This document shows positions 53,159 to 64,000 of a stretch of DNA of 64,000 bases, one piece after another; the first letter of the stretch is position 1, and each line of letters begins with the position of its first letter. Under the pieces are notes generated by a model that saw nothing but the letters and a program-made list of their open reading frames with translations, did not search any database and was not told the DNA's origin. The DNA comes from Botryllus schlosseri (taxonomy: Eukaryota): the NCBI GenBank assembly GCA_051294905.1, contig CM119372.1, positions 33,296,001-33,360,000 of the forward strand, given 5' to 3'. Made by a program: the position numbers and the translations under genes.

Positions 53159-54089
53159 CAGTGGTCGGGAACCTATGGCTCGCGAGCCATATATGGCTCT
53201 TTTAGGTATAAGATATGGCTCTTTGACAAATATTTATTTTTGCACTGAATTGATCAATACTGCAGCGACTTGTTGGTAAATTTTCATCACGGCCTGAATA
53301 ATTATTCTCGTGGCAGTATAAACATGTCTTTGAGAGATAAATACAATGTCGTCTTCAGGTTTGGGAGCTCAGACCCTCTCTTTTTAAAATCATCATATTT
53401 AAGTTACTGTCACGCCGGCGGCCAACATCACTCACGAATTCTATGTAGGCCTACCCGACTCGAAATCTTGAATTATCCGATACTTTGATTAATCAAAGAG
53501 CATAACAGACATGGCGACGCCCATTTCTAAACGCAGTTTTCGAATACGCATTATTTTCCTGATCTAAGGACGAAATTCACTGTTGTGAATTTGTCAATTA
53601 CAAACTCGAATCGCTAACAACGTCATAGCTATCCACGATTTAGATTGGTAAGTATAGCTCTGTGTAGTACCGGCGATAAAATGTTGGCGTGTAGCGCAAC
53701 GTTATGTTACCGCTGAATACTTTGAGGATTGAGAAGTCGATTAGTATTTAGATTTTTGGAATCAGTGTGGCAGTCACATCAGATTAATATCAGTTAGATT
53801 AAATTCTAAGCTACTTACGGCAAATTTCGTTATCAATGGTGAGGCTTGGCCCGTTTGTGCCTTACTTCTCGTTTCGAGCTTGATTTTCGAACAATAACTA
53901 CCAGTTTTTACAGAAAAAATATGACGCACAAGAGGAATCCCATGTAGTGAGTTCGAATTAGTGCTACCATGACGTCACGGGTTTTCAATTGTGACGTAAC
54001 AGTTGATTAGCATGTTTGGCTCTTTGGGAGTTGAGATGGAAAAATGGGGCCTATATGACTCTTCGGACAAAAAAGGTTCCCGACCACTG
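53159..54089. mobile_element. Buster/Charlie-like hAT MITE (TGGCTC repeats)
   Basis: TIR CAGTGGTCGGGAACCT / AGGTTCCCGACCACTG; perfect TSD GTCTAGAG. Confidence 0.95.
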
Positions 54090-54420
54090 GTCTAGAGCAT
54101 TGCGTAAATTTTCAGGAACGTGGAAAAGCACGAATCAATTGATGTTGGATATTAAAAGCGACGAAACTGTCAACGCAATTTGCAGTGACATAAAGTATAG
54201 AAGAATACCGATTCCGAAATATCGCATTCCGAGATTTGAGGTGAGCGGACAGAAGTAGGTTTCAACTGAGCTGATGATTTTGCGGGGTCCGAGTACAGAG
54301 ACAAACAAATCATTAGTATAGTCCCTTATGGAATGATAATATCTGTTTTAAACTATTTAAATCGATTATTTGAAACTGCTTGCTCAGTTACTTTTAAAAT
54401 CATTTATATTCTACTTGAAT

Positions 54421-55108
54421 CAGTGGCTCTCAACCTGGGGGAGGGTCGTGACAAGCATATGAGGGGCGGCGCGAAGCCGGCTGAGGGAAATTATGTGCCT
54501 TGAACTCGAAATGATATTAATTAGTGCTAAAACCTCCAAGTTTCAACAATGGCAATAATCCTAATTATACTTCGATTTTAAATGTCATAAATGTCAATTG
54601 TGTGGTACCATCCACACATTGATGCTAGATTGTAACTGATACCGAATCTTCCACTAATCAGGAGATGCACCTGATGAAGTGTAACTGGTAAATACGTGCA
54701 GCTTCCATTGCTTGTTAATTTAGGTTATGGTCATTGCTCAGGTACGTTTGAGCTACCGTAAGCGCAAGGGGAGTAATAGAAGATGTTATGCAACAAAATC
54801 GTTACAATATCTATGTGTTACCTGCTATCATTGCACAGGATTAGGTTTAACAAAATATTGAACTGTCAATTTTTTCGCGCTCTGCGCAATTTAGATACAT
54901 CTCATCATTGTTGCTCTGTGTTTAGTCCGAATTCCATATTGGAGAAGTGTCTCAACAGACAGACAACCTTACATGCCACCAAACAATGCATTAGGTTTGC
55001 AAACATTCTGGTTGTGCTTTTAAATATTTTTTGATATGACGATAAGGGAGTAGCGAAATTCTTCATTATCATTAAGCGGGCGTATCGAAAAAACTTTGAG
55101 ACCGACTG
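54421..55108. mobile_element. Old hAT MITE
   Basis: CAGTGGCTCTCAA / TTGAGACCGACTG; TSD ACTTGAAT/ACTTAAAT. Confidence 0.75.
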
Positions 55109-55323
55109 ACTTAAATAGAAAGACTTAAGAGTAAGACACTACCTTCATACTAACATAATCAATTCAGAATACAGCGTAACTTCGTCTACCTTTTTGCTAG
55201 CGTAACATCTGCGAAGTCGTTCAAATTTTATAAGAGATCCATTCAATTGTTATGAAGCTACAAATTTCGTTACTGCGATATACTATGGATATAAGGCAAG
55301 TTGTCTTGCTGCTCAATATGAAT

Positions 55324-56408
55324 TAGCGTTGGGACCCCGGGAAATCCCGATCCCGGGATCCTGGGATTTGAAGCAATCCCGATCCCGGGATTAATCCCAA
55401 TGAAATCCCGGGATTTGTAAACAGCATTTTCCAAGGCTTACGTAGCGCCATATCTCTTATTTTGGTAATGAAGCAATGTCACAAACTCTGCTGATTGTCT
55501 AAAACAATTCACAATTATTTGATATTAAAGCCAACTATGTCATAACAATGATTAACACAATCACTTCCGTCGTAGTCTACGAATCGTAGCAGTGTAACTG
55601 AGTATCGAAAAGTCACAAGGACGGTGCTGTGAGGTGAAATACAGGTCGAATAATAGAGAATCTTTAAGATGAAGAGAAAATCACATGTTTGGCGAAACTA
55701 TTTGTTTTATAAATCTACATAAAAAGCCAAATGCAACGTGTGTCAAAACGTTTTGAAAGCTTCAGTGTCTAGCACAAAGTGACTGATAACGCATTTAAGG
55801 TCCGTACAAATGATAGAAATTAAACCATGCATGATTCAATCGGACACGTCAAAGAAAGATCAGCCAAAAATGAAAATGAGGAAGATCGATTCCTATAAAA
55901 TAAATCGCATGAGCCTCGCCTCGATGAACTTCTTAACCAGTTAACTGCTGTGGACGGGTTAACATTTATTCAATTACCCAAAGTGAGTGAATTCGACGGG
56001 CCTTTAAGGCTAATGGCTATGAATTGTCAAGATGTCGCAAACGGGTTCGTGACATGATGATCGAGCACAGCAAATAAATCCGTAAGTGTGTGGAAGAAGA
56101 GCTTATGGCAATGAAACGACACATTGGACGTTTTTCGATCACGTTTGACGAATCAACTTCTACACGAAACAGCAGGCGGTTCATGAATTTGAACGCTCAT
56201 TATCCGGGAGCCTTCGGTCGCTGGGTTTCATTCGTATTCACGGGAGCACGTTTCTGCGTGAATACTACAAGGAATAAATGTTGTGTGTGTAGCTTGTATG
56301 TGTATTTAACTACTTTGCTAATTCCGGGAAATCCCGGGATTGAGAAGCGCAAATCCCGGGAAATCCCGATCCCAGGATTTCAAATTTGATCCCGAAGTCC
56401 CAACCCTA
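55324..56408 (+). mobile_element. hAT deletion derivative with ATCCCG/CCCGGG subterminal repeats
   Basis: TIR TAGCGTTGGGAC / GTCCCAACCCTA; perfect TSD ATATGAAT. Confidence 0.93.
55669..56240 (+). pseudogene. hAT transposase N-terminal remnant (BED zinc finger to first catalytic Asp)
   Basis: MKRKSHVW...AKCNVC...SSTK*LITHL (BED), LTAVDGLTF, RFSITFDESTSTRN..RFMNLNAH; contains stops and frameshifts. Confidence 0.88.
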
Positions 56409-57119
56409 ATATGAATATGTCTCCATTCAGTGCTTCGACGATCTGGTGTCGACTGTCCGAGACGCAATCGAAATCGATAGCGACACTGCTTTTGTGTTCT
56501 TCTGTCACAATGGTAAAAAGAGAACGACTAATATGATGGTGGCAGCTTCCCTTGTACTTCTTCATATGAAGGTAAGGCATATTCGAAGATGGATCTTGAC
56601 AAAAAGTACATACATTTGAATTCAAAACTCAAGTATAGCGAGAGGTGTTCAAAGTAGCCAGTCTCGGTAGTCAAGCAGATTAAGAAATTATGCCACAAAT
56701 ATCTATTCAAGTACAAGTAGAAGAAGCTATTTAAAAGGCAGGTCAAAACTACTTCACGTTGAAGAAGAAAATGAAGATCTGAAAAGTAGTCAGTAGCTTC
56801 ATAAAGTGGATTTGGTCGAGGAATCACATAATTTAGAAGTTAATCGGAGAGAGAGAGAGAGAGAGAGTCTTTACTCTCATCTAACCAAAATACATAACAA
56901 ACAGACGGCAATGATGGTGGTACAGAAAATATGCATGTACAGTATTTGGTAGGAATGATCGAAACGATCGCGAAGATCAACTAGTTTGATCACTCCAGCA
57001 TCAAACAGGTACACTTGACTCTATACAGTCTGGCTGTAAAAAAGAAAAAGTAAACGATGGTAGCAAATGATCAAATGATCAATGAAGCAATGTCTGGGCA
57101 ACAGTGTTAATATAACGAC

Positions 57120-57420
57120 AAGAGGTGATTAAGTAGGTCTTTTTTTAATCAATTATATGGCAATTCACGGATATATTGTGGTAATGCATTCCATATGATT
57201 GGTCCTGAGTAGTCAATAGATCTCTTAGGTAGGTTGCTATTGGGTGGGGGTAAGTAGATATTTCCCTCTGACGAGGATCTCGGGTAATGGGAGTGGACAT
57301 TTTTAGCAGGTATGAAAAAGTCATCAAACACATGAGGCAAACTATTGGAGAAATATTTATGTATATCCTTTGATACTTCGAAGCGATATAGATCGTCAAC
57401 TCGCAAAATTCGATACATGC
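57120..57420 (-). mobile_element. CR1/L2-group LINE ORF2 3' fragment
   Basis: ILRVDDLY...LPHVFDDFF...VHSHYPRSS...IYLP...SIDYSGPIIWNALP is the typical CR1-group ORF2 C-terminus. The 3' UTR probably extends to the microsatellite at ~56850. Confidence 0.88.
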
Positions 57421-57446
57421 GGTGGCCAGGTGGGTGCTCTCTGGTC

Positions 57447-57801
57447 TGGGGTTACCATATTTTGAGATACGGTAAAGAGGACACTTTTTACAAATCACAA
57501 AACTTATATAATCGGACGAGAAAACGAGTACTTTCAAAATTTTCACTAGAAAAGCTGTCGCGTTGACTAAAAAAAGGGCGTTTTCCAACTCGACTCCCTT
57601 GCCGTCACTGCCGTCGGAATCCATATTTCGCGTCATCTACGGCGTTTTTAGTTGTGCCTGTTGTGCAATCGCCTGGCTGTCGAAGCTGTAACGGAGGACG
57701 GATTGCCAAAGAGGAGAACGTTTGGGCGTCCTCGGGGGACATTTTCGATTTCTTGAAAGAGGAGGATAAATCCTCCTAAAAGAGGACGCATGGTAACCTT
57801 A
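57447..57801. mobile_element. hAT MITE related to 25326-25639 (opposite orientation)
   Basis: GGGTTACCATA / ATGGTAACCTTA ends with AGGAC repeats. Confidence 0.7.
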
Positions 57802-59212
57802 GTACTCTCGATATTTAAAGATTCACCTTCGCAACTAATGCAAATCCCTTATGACACTAAAGCATATGCACACTTAGCTTGCCATAATACTAGGGCTATT
57901 CCGCACGTTGGTGCGAGAATTTCACTCACAGAAGTGATCCGAACATATCCTAAAAGTACTTGCTACTCCGCACAAAATCTAAGCTGTAAAAAGTGGGCAG
58001 ATCTGTCGATAATATTGTTAGGTAGAAGTAGAAGTAGTCTAAATGCTTAACCACTGGAGTGAATATTAAAAGTACACCATAGTACGTCGTTACTGACCAC
58101 CTTCGACTATACATTAGCCATAGGTGATGTGATTACCCAAGTGCATTTTTACCTACTAGCACTGCTACTGGAACAGTTTTTATTACTAAAGTACTTATGG
58201 CCCGTAAACTCTTTCTGTATTTGATAAGAACAAATTGATAAATAGGCAAGTTTGTAGTGATTCAGCTATTAACACAGTTGTATAATGCTGTCATCGAATT
58301 TCAGATATTTGATATTGCCATGTATGCTGAAAATACAGAGACCAGCGATTTCTGCGTACCGGAATTCAATAAAGGAGAATACAAGGTAAATAGGTAAATG
58401 TGAAGAGCTGATCATAGCTATATTTGAGAGATCACAGGAGAGAATACAGGGCTACCACATGGTATTAATCACCTCTATAACCGAATAATTGATCCAACAC
58501 GGCTCTTGACGATGCATAAGTATCATTCGACCTACCTGCAGTCGTTTATCAATTTAATCACCTCAGCACATTACACATGCTCTGATTCAGATGAGTATAA
58601 TATTTATACTGCCACAGTGTACTCGAGTTGAATTGTCCGTGTCTGCTATTTGCAACAGGTCTTCAAGTACCGAAATAATACGCCCCTTAATATGTTATGA
58701 ACGAGAATTTACGTAGCAAAAACTTCTTCAAGCTGCGAGAACCTTAAAACTTCGATACGAGGTAGCATATCATTTAAAACACGCAGCACAAGTCTTGACA
58801 GTGTACGTACACACTTCAATTCAATTATTCACTTGATTGCTAACAGTTTCATCATTTCAATGCATCACAAGACTGCGATACAATGAATGATAGGGAGGTG
58901 TCGAAACGACTCGGAGTAGTCTTGGAAATCAGACACCCGCCTGGCCTAGGCGATGTAAAAAAGGAGGCATGCACACTGAATGAATAGGAATGACATACTC
59001 GTGTAGTAGTGATCGACCTGCAGTATTGATTCAGACCTTTACGACATATAGTGTCAATGAATTTGAACTAATTTATCATTAAAGTGACTATGGCATTAGT
59101 TACTTCGCGTCGCATAAAAGGTACACATTTGAACACTTCAAGTCCGGTCTACTCTAGTGACTTTGTAATGAATGGTACTCGAGTACTCCGCTGAAGGCTT
59201 TATACGCGAATA

Positions 59213-61780
59213 CCTGATTTTGCTCCAGCACTAATTTGCAATTTCCCACTGTCGATTCAAGTAACTGTCTTCTCCTTCAAATGTTTTACTTCATATCACT
59301 GGCATTGTTTTTGTGTTCGCAGTTCCGTTCCTTTTCTTTTGTTATCAAGTCCAGGAGAAATCGATGGCGATATCGAAACATCAATACGCGAATCCGGCTC
59401 CGACTGATGTCATATCGGGTCTCCATGTTAATCCGTTGAATATCGATATAGAGGAATATTCGAAATTACGTACTGTTACCAATATACAGGGGCTGTTTTT
59501 CCCCTGTTGTTAAGATGATATCACTCATACAAGTGATGCAAAACAATCCAAAATCTACTTTCAACTTCACAAAAGTCAAAGAGTACAAACTAAGTACAGT
59601 TTCGATAGAAGGTACAAGTATAAGTAGTCTTTAAATATGACCACTTGAATTAATTAATTGGAATGGATAAAACCTACTTAAGTACTCCCGGAAAGAAGGC
59701 CTCTGGAGTCTAACCAAGTCTTTATATGTGTCTGCTTGAACAGAATGTGGTCAAGGACTTTGAGGTAACTAAAGGGTCCCCCTCTTTTCGCGAAGGTAAT
59801 TCTGGAGCTGATCCAAGTTCTTCCCGGTTGTCACGTACGCAAAAAAGAAGTGGACAAGGCTTTGGATATATGCCACGAAGACATGAGCACCATGCATTAT
59901 CATCTGCGTGAGCACCTGAACCCTTGCTTCGAGAAGGTGGGTTACACCCCATAAATTCAATACGGGATTCTTTTCTGATGCTTCATCGTGACTTTGACAA
60001 CTATGTGTTATTTATTTATGATATATTCCTTATTTGTCTTCCACTGTGATCAACTAATGAACTATTCGGCCGATATTCCGAACATCTGTTGGTCACCGTT
60101 GCAATTTTGGATCCACCAACCCTAGCACTGTTTGACGTCGAAACTGAGTCTAAACAGAAATTCAAGACACATATCTGGATGCTGCGGAATACGAAGTGGA
60201 ATATGTCTCAAAGCATGCCCATTTCAGTGAGTGATGCAAGTGGGAAAACCTACTTTACTACTCTAAACAGTAGAAGTACTGACCACGTCTGGCAGCCACA
60301 GTACAAATCCACTCTCTTCCCTGTGAGTTCTAGTGAGTTCAACGAGACAACGCGAACACGAGTTTCAAGAAGCTTCAAGAGATGGCCCCAAATGTACCGT
60401 GGTCTGAAGTGAGAAACTTCGGGTTCAAAGTTCGTTCCATGGTTTTATAAGCGCGAGATTTGCAGGAACAGTTGTCAATAACTTGCAGATCTCACATTTA
60501 ATCACACTAGCGAAATTGTTTGAACTCGCCTTCAAGCAATTTGGTGGATTGTTGGATATTGCTATATCAAATTGTATAGAAATGTTCTTTTCTATTCTCT
60601 ACTAGTTACTGACGATAATATTCGAATTTAATTCAATATCAATATACTAATCAATTGAATATTGAAGTTCTGTACCTCAAAGAGTCTCTTCATTTATGTA
60701 GAAGTAAATACGATCTCATAACAGGCTCGCCGAGCGACAGATTTCGACAATTACATCACTCTAAAGCACCGTGCTTATCTGGGACTGGAACTGTACGCGT
60801 TTTTGATCATCTTCAATTGTTATTTGTACCAGGAGAAGGAACACCTGTGGCGTAGACTGTCTTTCGCCCAATGGATGTCAACGGTATGATTGATTTGAAT
60901 GTTATGTTGAATATCTGATCGGGAGCCGTCGTTGACATGTTGAATAAACCTGCTCACTTAAAACTCGCTATTAACAAATCAGAATCCTGTTCCTGGCCAA
61001 TACCCCTGTAATCTTATTACAAATGAGATCCACCCGATTTTCTGCCCTTTTGTGATCGAACGCATGAATGGAAGAGCATTTCTACACACCGGGGTGCGCT
61101 ATAGTCACCAATCGCTCACAATAAATCAGCTGTCACTGTGACCGCCAAAATTGGAAAATATTCTAAGCATGCAACATTGATTACTCCGTTTATTTTCATG
61201 GCATATATACCATGAAAGGAATTACCAAAACAGAAATCGAATTGTTGTGGTATTGCATACTATGTAAAATTTAGATTATTAAGACCATTCGGGAGTGTTA
61301 TCCTGTTGTTGCACGGATAATCCATGAAATATTGATGTATCAGTATCAATAGGATATACAGCAGGTGATCAACAGTGCAGTGTGCGCATGTGTGCTCACC
61401 GCATAATACAAAATGGATGTATAATAAAGATGAAGTTGTGTCTAAAAGTTTGGGAAGCATCAGTTACAGCGTTAGTTCGGAAGGATGATTCGATGATAGA
61501 GACATGATAGATCCGAGAGAAATAATGTCATCACTCTGAAATGCCAACGGATTCGCCACACCTACTCCAAATGCTTTGTCGTGATAAGCGGATTTATCTA
61601 TTGCTGTACGTCCAAATTCAAATCCAAACGTGAGCATCGACTTCAAATCAAAATCTTGAACAGGATAGATACCCCTACACAGCTGGAGTGGGAAAGATCA
61701 TGTAATTGAAGATTATCGCATATTGTATTTGGAACTTAATCTAGTTTTGCCAATATCATAAATTGCAATGTGTCAAATTA
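59213..61780 (-). pseudogene. CatSper auxiliary-subunit-like pseudogene segment(s) C
   Basis: 61646-61260 FGVGVANPLAF...KLLDTTSSLLYIHF (cf. remembered CATSPERB LTVFVGNPNLL...KVLHQGSTSLAFIM); 59952-59722 GCNPP...C...PKPCPLLF (cf. CATSPERG GCPP...C...PEMPCFLF); ~59505-59213 LYRYSTD*HGDPI* with AG/GT boundaries. Confidence 0.5.
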
Positions 61781-62767
61781 TTCAAATACATTTTCAAGCA
61801 CCGTGATGACTCGTTTTGCAACAAGAAGGGGATAGCATGAAAAGATAGAAATGAGCCAGAACCCACTTTTCATCCATGAACCACGTAACTTGGCATACAA
61901 AAGTAGAATATCACACTTTGTGAGACACAAAATTAATGGTGTAAAAGTGGACAGGAATTAAGAAAAGGAAGGGATCAAAATAGGAGGAATCGGGAAGTTG
62001 AACCCGGTCTCTGTACATATAATGCGGGTAAATAGGTTCAATTCTGATTTCACTGCGCAAACGATTTACGTAGCTTTGATCTCACTATACCGTGCCTATG
62101 TTTTTGATTACAGTACGCTGCGCCACTGGGAGTTTTAAACATTTTGAATAACTTCGGATACACCCAAATGGGGCAGGACTATCCGCTGAATATGATGAGA
62201 TCGAGATGGATGGACACTTCTGTTTTGCTGGAAAAGACCAGTCGGAACTGTCCAGAAGAAGCCGACAAAGGTATTCAACATATGAGCGTTAAATTAGTGG
62301 ATTTACTTACATGTAATAATTGCCCCGAGAATCCGTGATCCATCGGACTCGGTGAGTGCTCACATGGGATATTTGTAGTCTACTTTCAGTACTTACACAA
62401 GCGGTGCTTTTTTAAACTATACTTTCCCTACATGAAAAAACTTTATTTTAACCAAAACTGGACCGATAAAAAATTCCAGTAGTTACATCACGCATTATGT
62501 TAAAATAGCTGGTTCGTGGTACAGAACTTGAATATAGCTTTCTATACAATATCCATTGTATAATAATATTTATTGAACTCGAAGACTTTTCGGGTGCCTC
62601 TTTTCAAGAGTTAACGGCACACTAAAGGGATTTAAACAGATTTAAAAGCAAAACCAAAAAGGCAAAGTATGACGCAGCAATCAAAATCACAAACCATGAA
62701 ATTCGCATTGTTTCAATGGCAACAATAACAAACTATGAAGTATAAAGACATACGGTACTATAGTAGC

Positions 62768-63895
62768 GGTTGCCAGTAAACTCGCCCCAAAGTAAATTCG
62801 GCCCGTCGAATTCGGCCCTCGGTCACTTTGGCCGTCGGTGAATTCGGCCCTCGGTAAATTCGGCCCTCGGCAAATTCGGCCAGGGCCAGAGTAACAATAA
62901 CAGTTACAATACCATTACCTAACCTGAATCCTAACCCTAATCCTAACCTAACTCTAATCCTAACCTAACCCTAATCCTAACCTAACCCTAATCCTAACCC
63001 TAATCTTAACCTAACCCTAATCCTAACCTAACCCTAATCCTAACCTAACCTAACCCTAATCCTAACCCTAACCTAACCCTAATCCTAACCCTAAACCTAA
63101 CCCCTAACCTCCAAATCACTTGATAATATTATAATTATGTAATATAATACACATTATTAGTTATTAGTTATTAGTAGGTTTAGGGTTAGGATTAGCGTTA
63201 GGGTTAGGATTAGGTTAGGGTTACGTTAGGTTAGGTTAGGATTAGGGTTAGGTTAGGATTCGGTTTAGGATTAGGGTTAGGTTAGGGTTAGGTTAGGATT
63301 AGGGTTAGGTTAGGTTAGGATTAGGGTTAGGTTAGAATTAGGGTTAGGATTAGTGTTAGGGTTCAGGTTAGATAATATTATAATTATGTAATATAATACA
63401 CATTATTAGTTCGTAATACAATTTCACACAATGTTCTCCGAGGGCCGAATATACCGATTGAAGTCGGCTGTCGGTAAATTCGGCCCCATAAACATTGGCA
63501 TAAATATATACATATATGTATTTATACGCATACCCTGTTCTCCAAATCACTTGATAATAATATAATTATGAAATTAATTCACATTAATAGTTGGTAATAC
63601 ATTTTCATAAAAAATTCTCCGAGGGCAGAATTGACCGAGTAACCAGTGAATTGACCGGTGAATTCGGCCGTCGGTAAATTCGGTCCCCGTGAATATCCGC
63701 GCTATCTCCCGTGATTACGCGATCTACGCATACCCTGACATCCAAATCACTTAATAATAGTATAATTATGTAATTAATTCATGTTAACGGTTGGTATTAC
63801 ATTTTAATACAATATTCTCGGTGGGCCGAATTTACTGATGTAATGGCCGAATTTGCCTGGGCCGAATTTACTTTGGGGCGAGTTTACTGGCAACC
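62768..63895. mobile_element. Non-autonomous TIR transposon carrying telomere-like arrays (possibly Mutator/foldback-like)
   Basis: Perfect 37-bp TIR GGTTGCCAGTAAACTCGCCCCAAAGTAAATTCGGCCC; perfect 8-bp TSD ATAGTAGC; AATTCGGCC subterminal repeats. Confidence 0.9.
62917..63370. repeat. Inverted mixed telomere-like arrays (CCTAA/CCCTAA/TCCTAA, then TTAGG/TTAGGG/TTAGGA)
   Basis: C-rich array ~62917-63109 and G-rich array ~63176-63370, separated by an AT-rich spacer. Confidence 0.95.
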
Positions 63896-64000
63896 ATAGT
63901 AGCAACGCAATTAGTGAATAAACAATTACACGCACGAAACACATGCACTAATGAGAAATTTGTAGGTTATAGAGGAAATCTTTTGGTCTACATAAAATAG

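Noticed and set aside
62917..63370. Telomere-telomere fusion site or true chromosome end
   Set aside because: The orientation is CCCTAA then TTAGGG, the opposite of an end-to-end fusion, and the arrays lie inside a TIR/TSD-bounded element.
563..63550. The short ORFs of the six-frame track as functional CDS, or an alternative genetic code
   Set aside because: Most lie within repeats or are antisense to decayed frames. The interrupting stops include TAA, TAG and TGA plus frameshifts, so no single codon reassignment restores them.

Overview
AT-rich, repeat-dense genomic DNA from an animal, probably an invertebrate (the taxon cannot be fixed from sequence alone). I can support no intact protein-coding gene. 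(1) Bases 1-13790 form one giant foldback element: two nearly identical ~6.4-kb inverted arms (1-6390 and 7365-13754; position p pairs with 13755-p) around a 974-bp unique spacer. It ends in a Polinton/Maverick-type terminus (...CTACTATACTACT-3', i.e. 5'-AGTAGTATAGTAG on the other strand), is inserted into a ~215-bp satellite, and carries only decayed ORFs. (2) From ~21 to ~62 kb the minus strand holds stop-riddled, MITE-interrupted reading frames whose motifs match, in order, my recollection of the sperm Ca2+-channel auxiliary subunits CatSper-gamma/beta. This looks like a tandem cluster of about three CatSper-auxiliary-like pseudogenes. (3) More than 20 non-autonomous hAT elements/MITEs, most with checkable 8-bp TSDs and family-specific subterminal motifs. 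Several are nested up to three deep and three keep transposase remnants. There are also two tRNA-SINE families, a CR1-type LINE 3' end, and a TIR element carrying inverted telomere-like arrays. All protein assignments are by eye from remembered motifs, not database searches.
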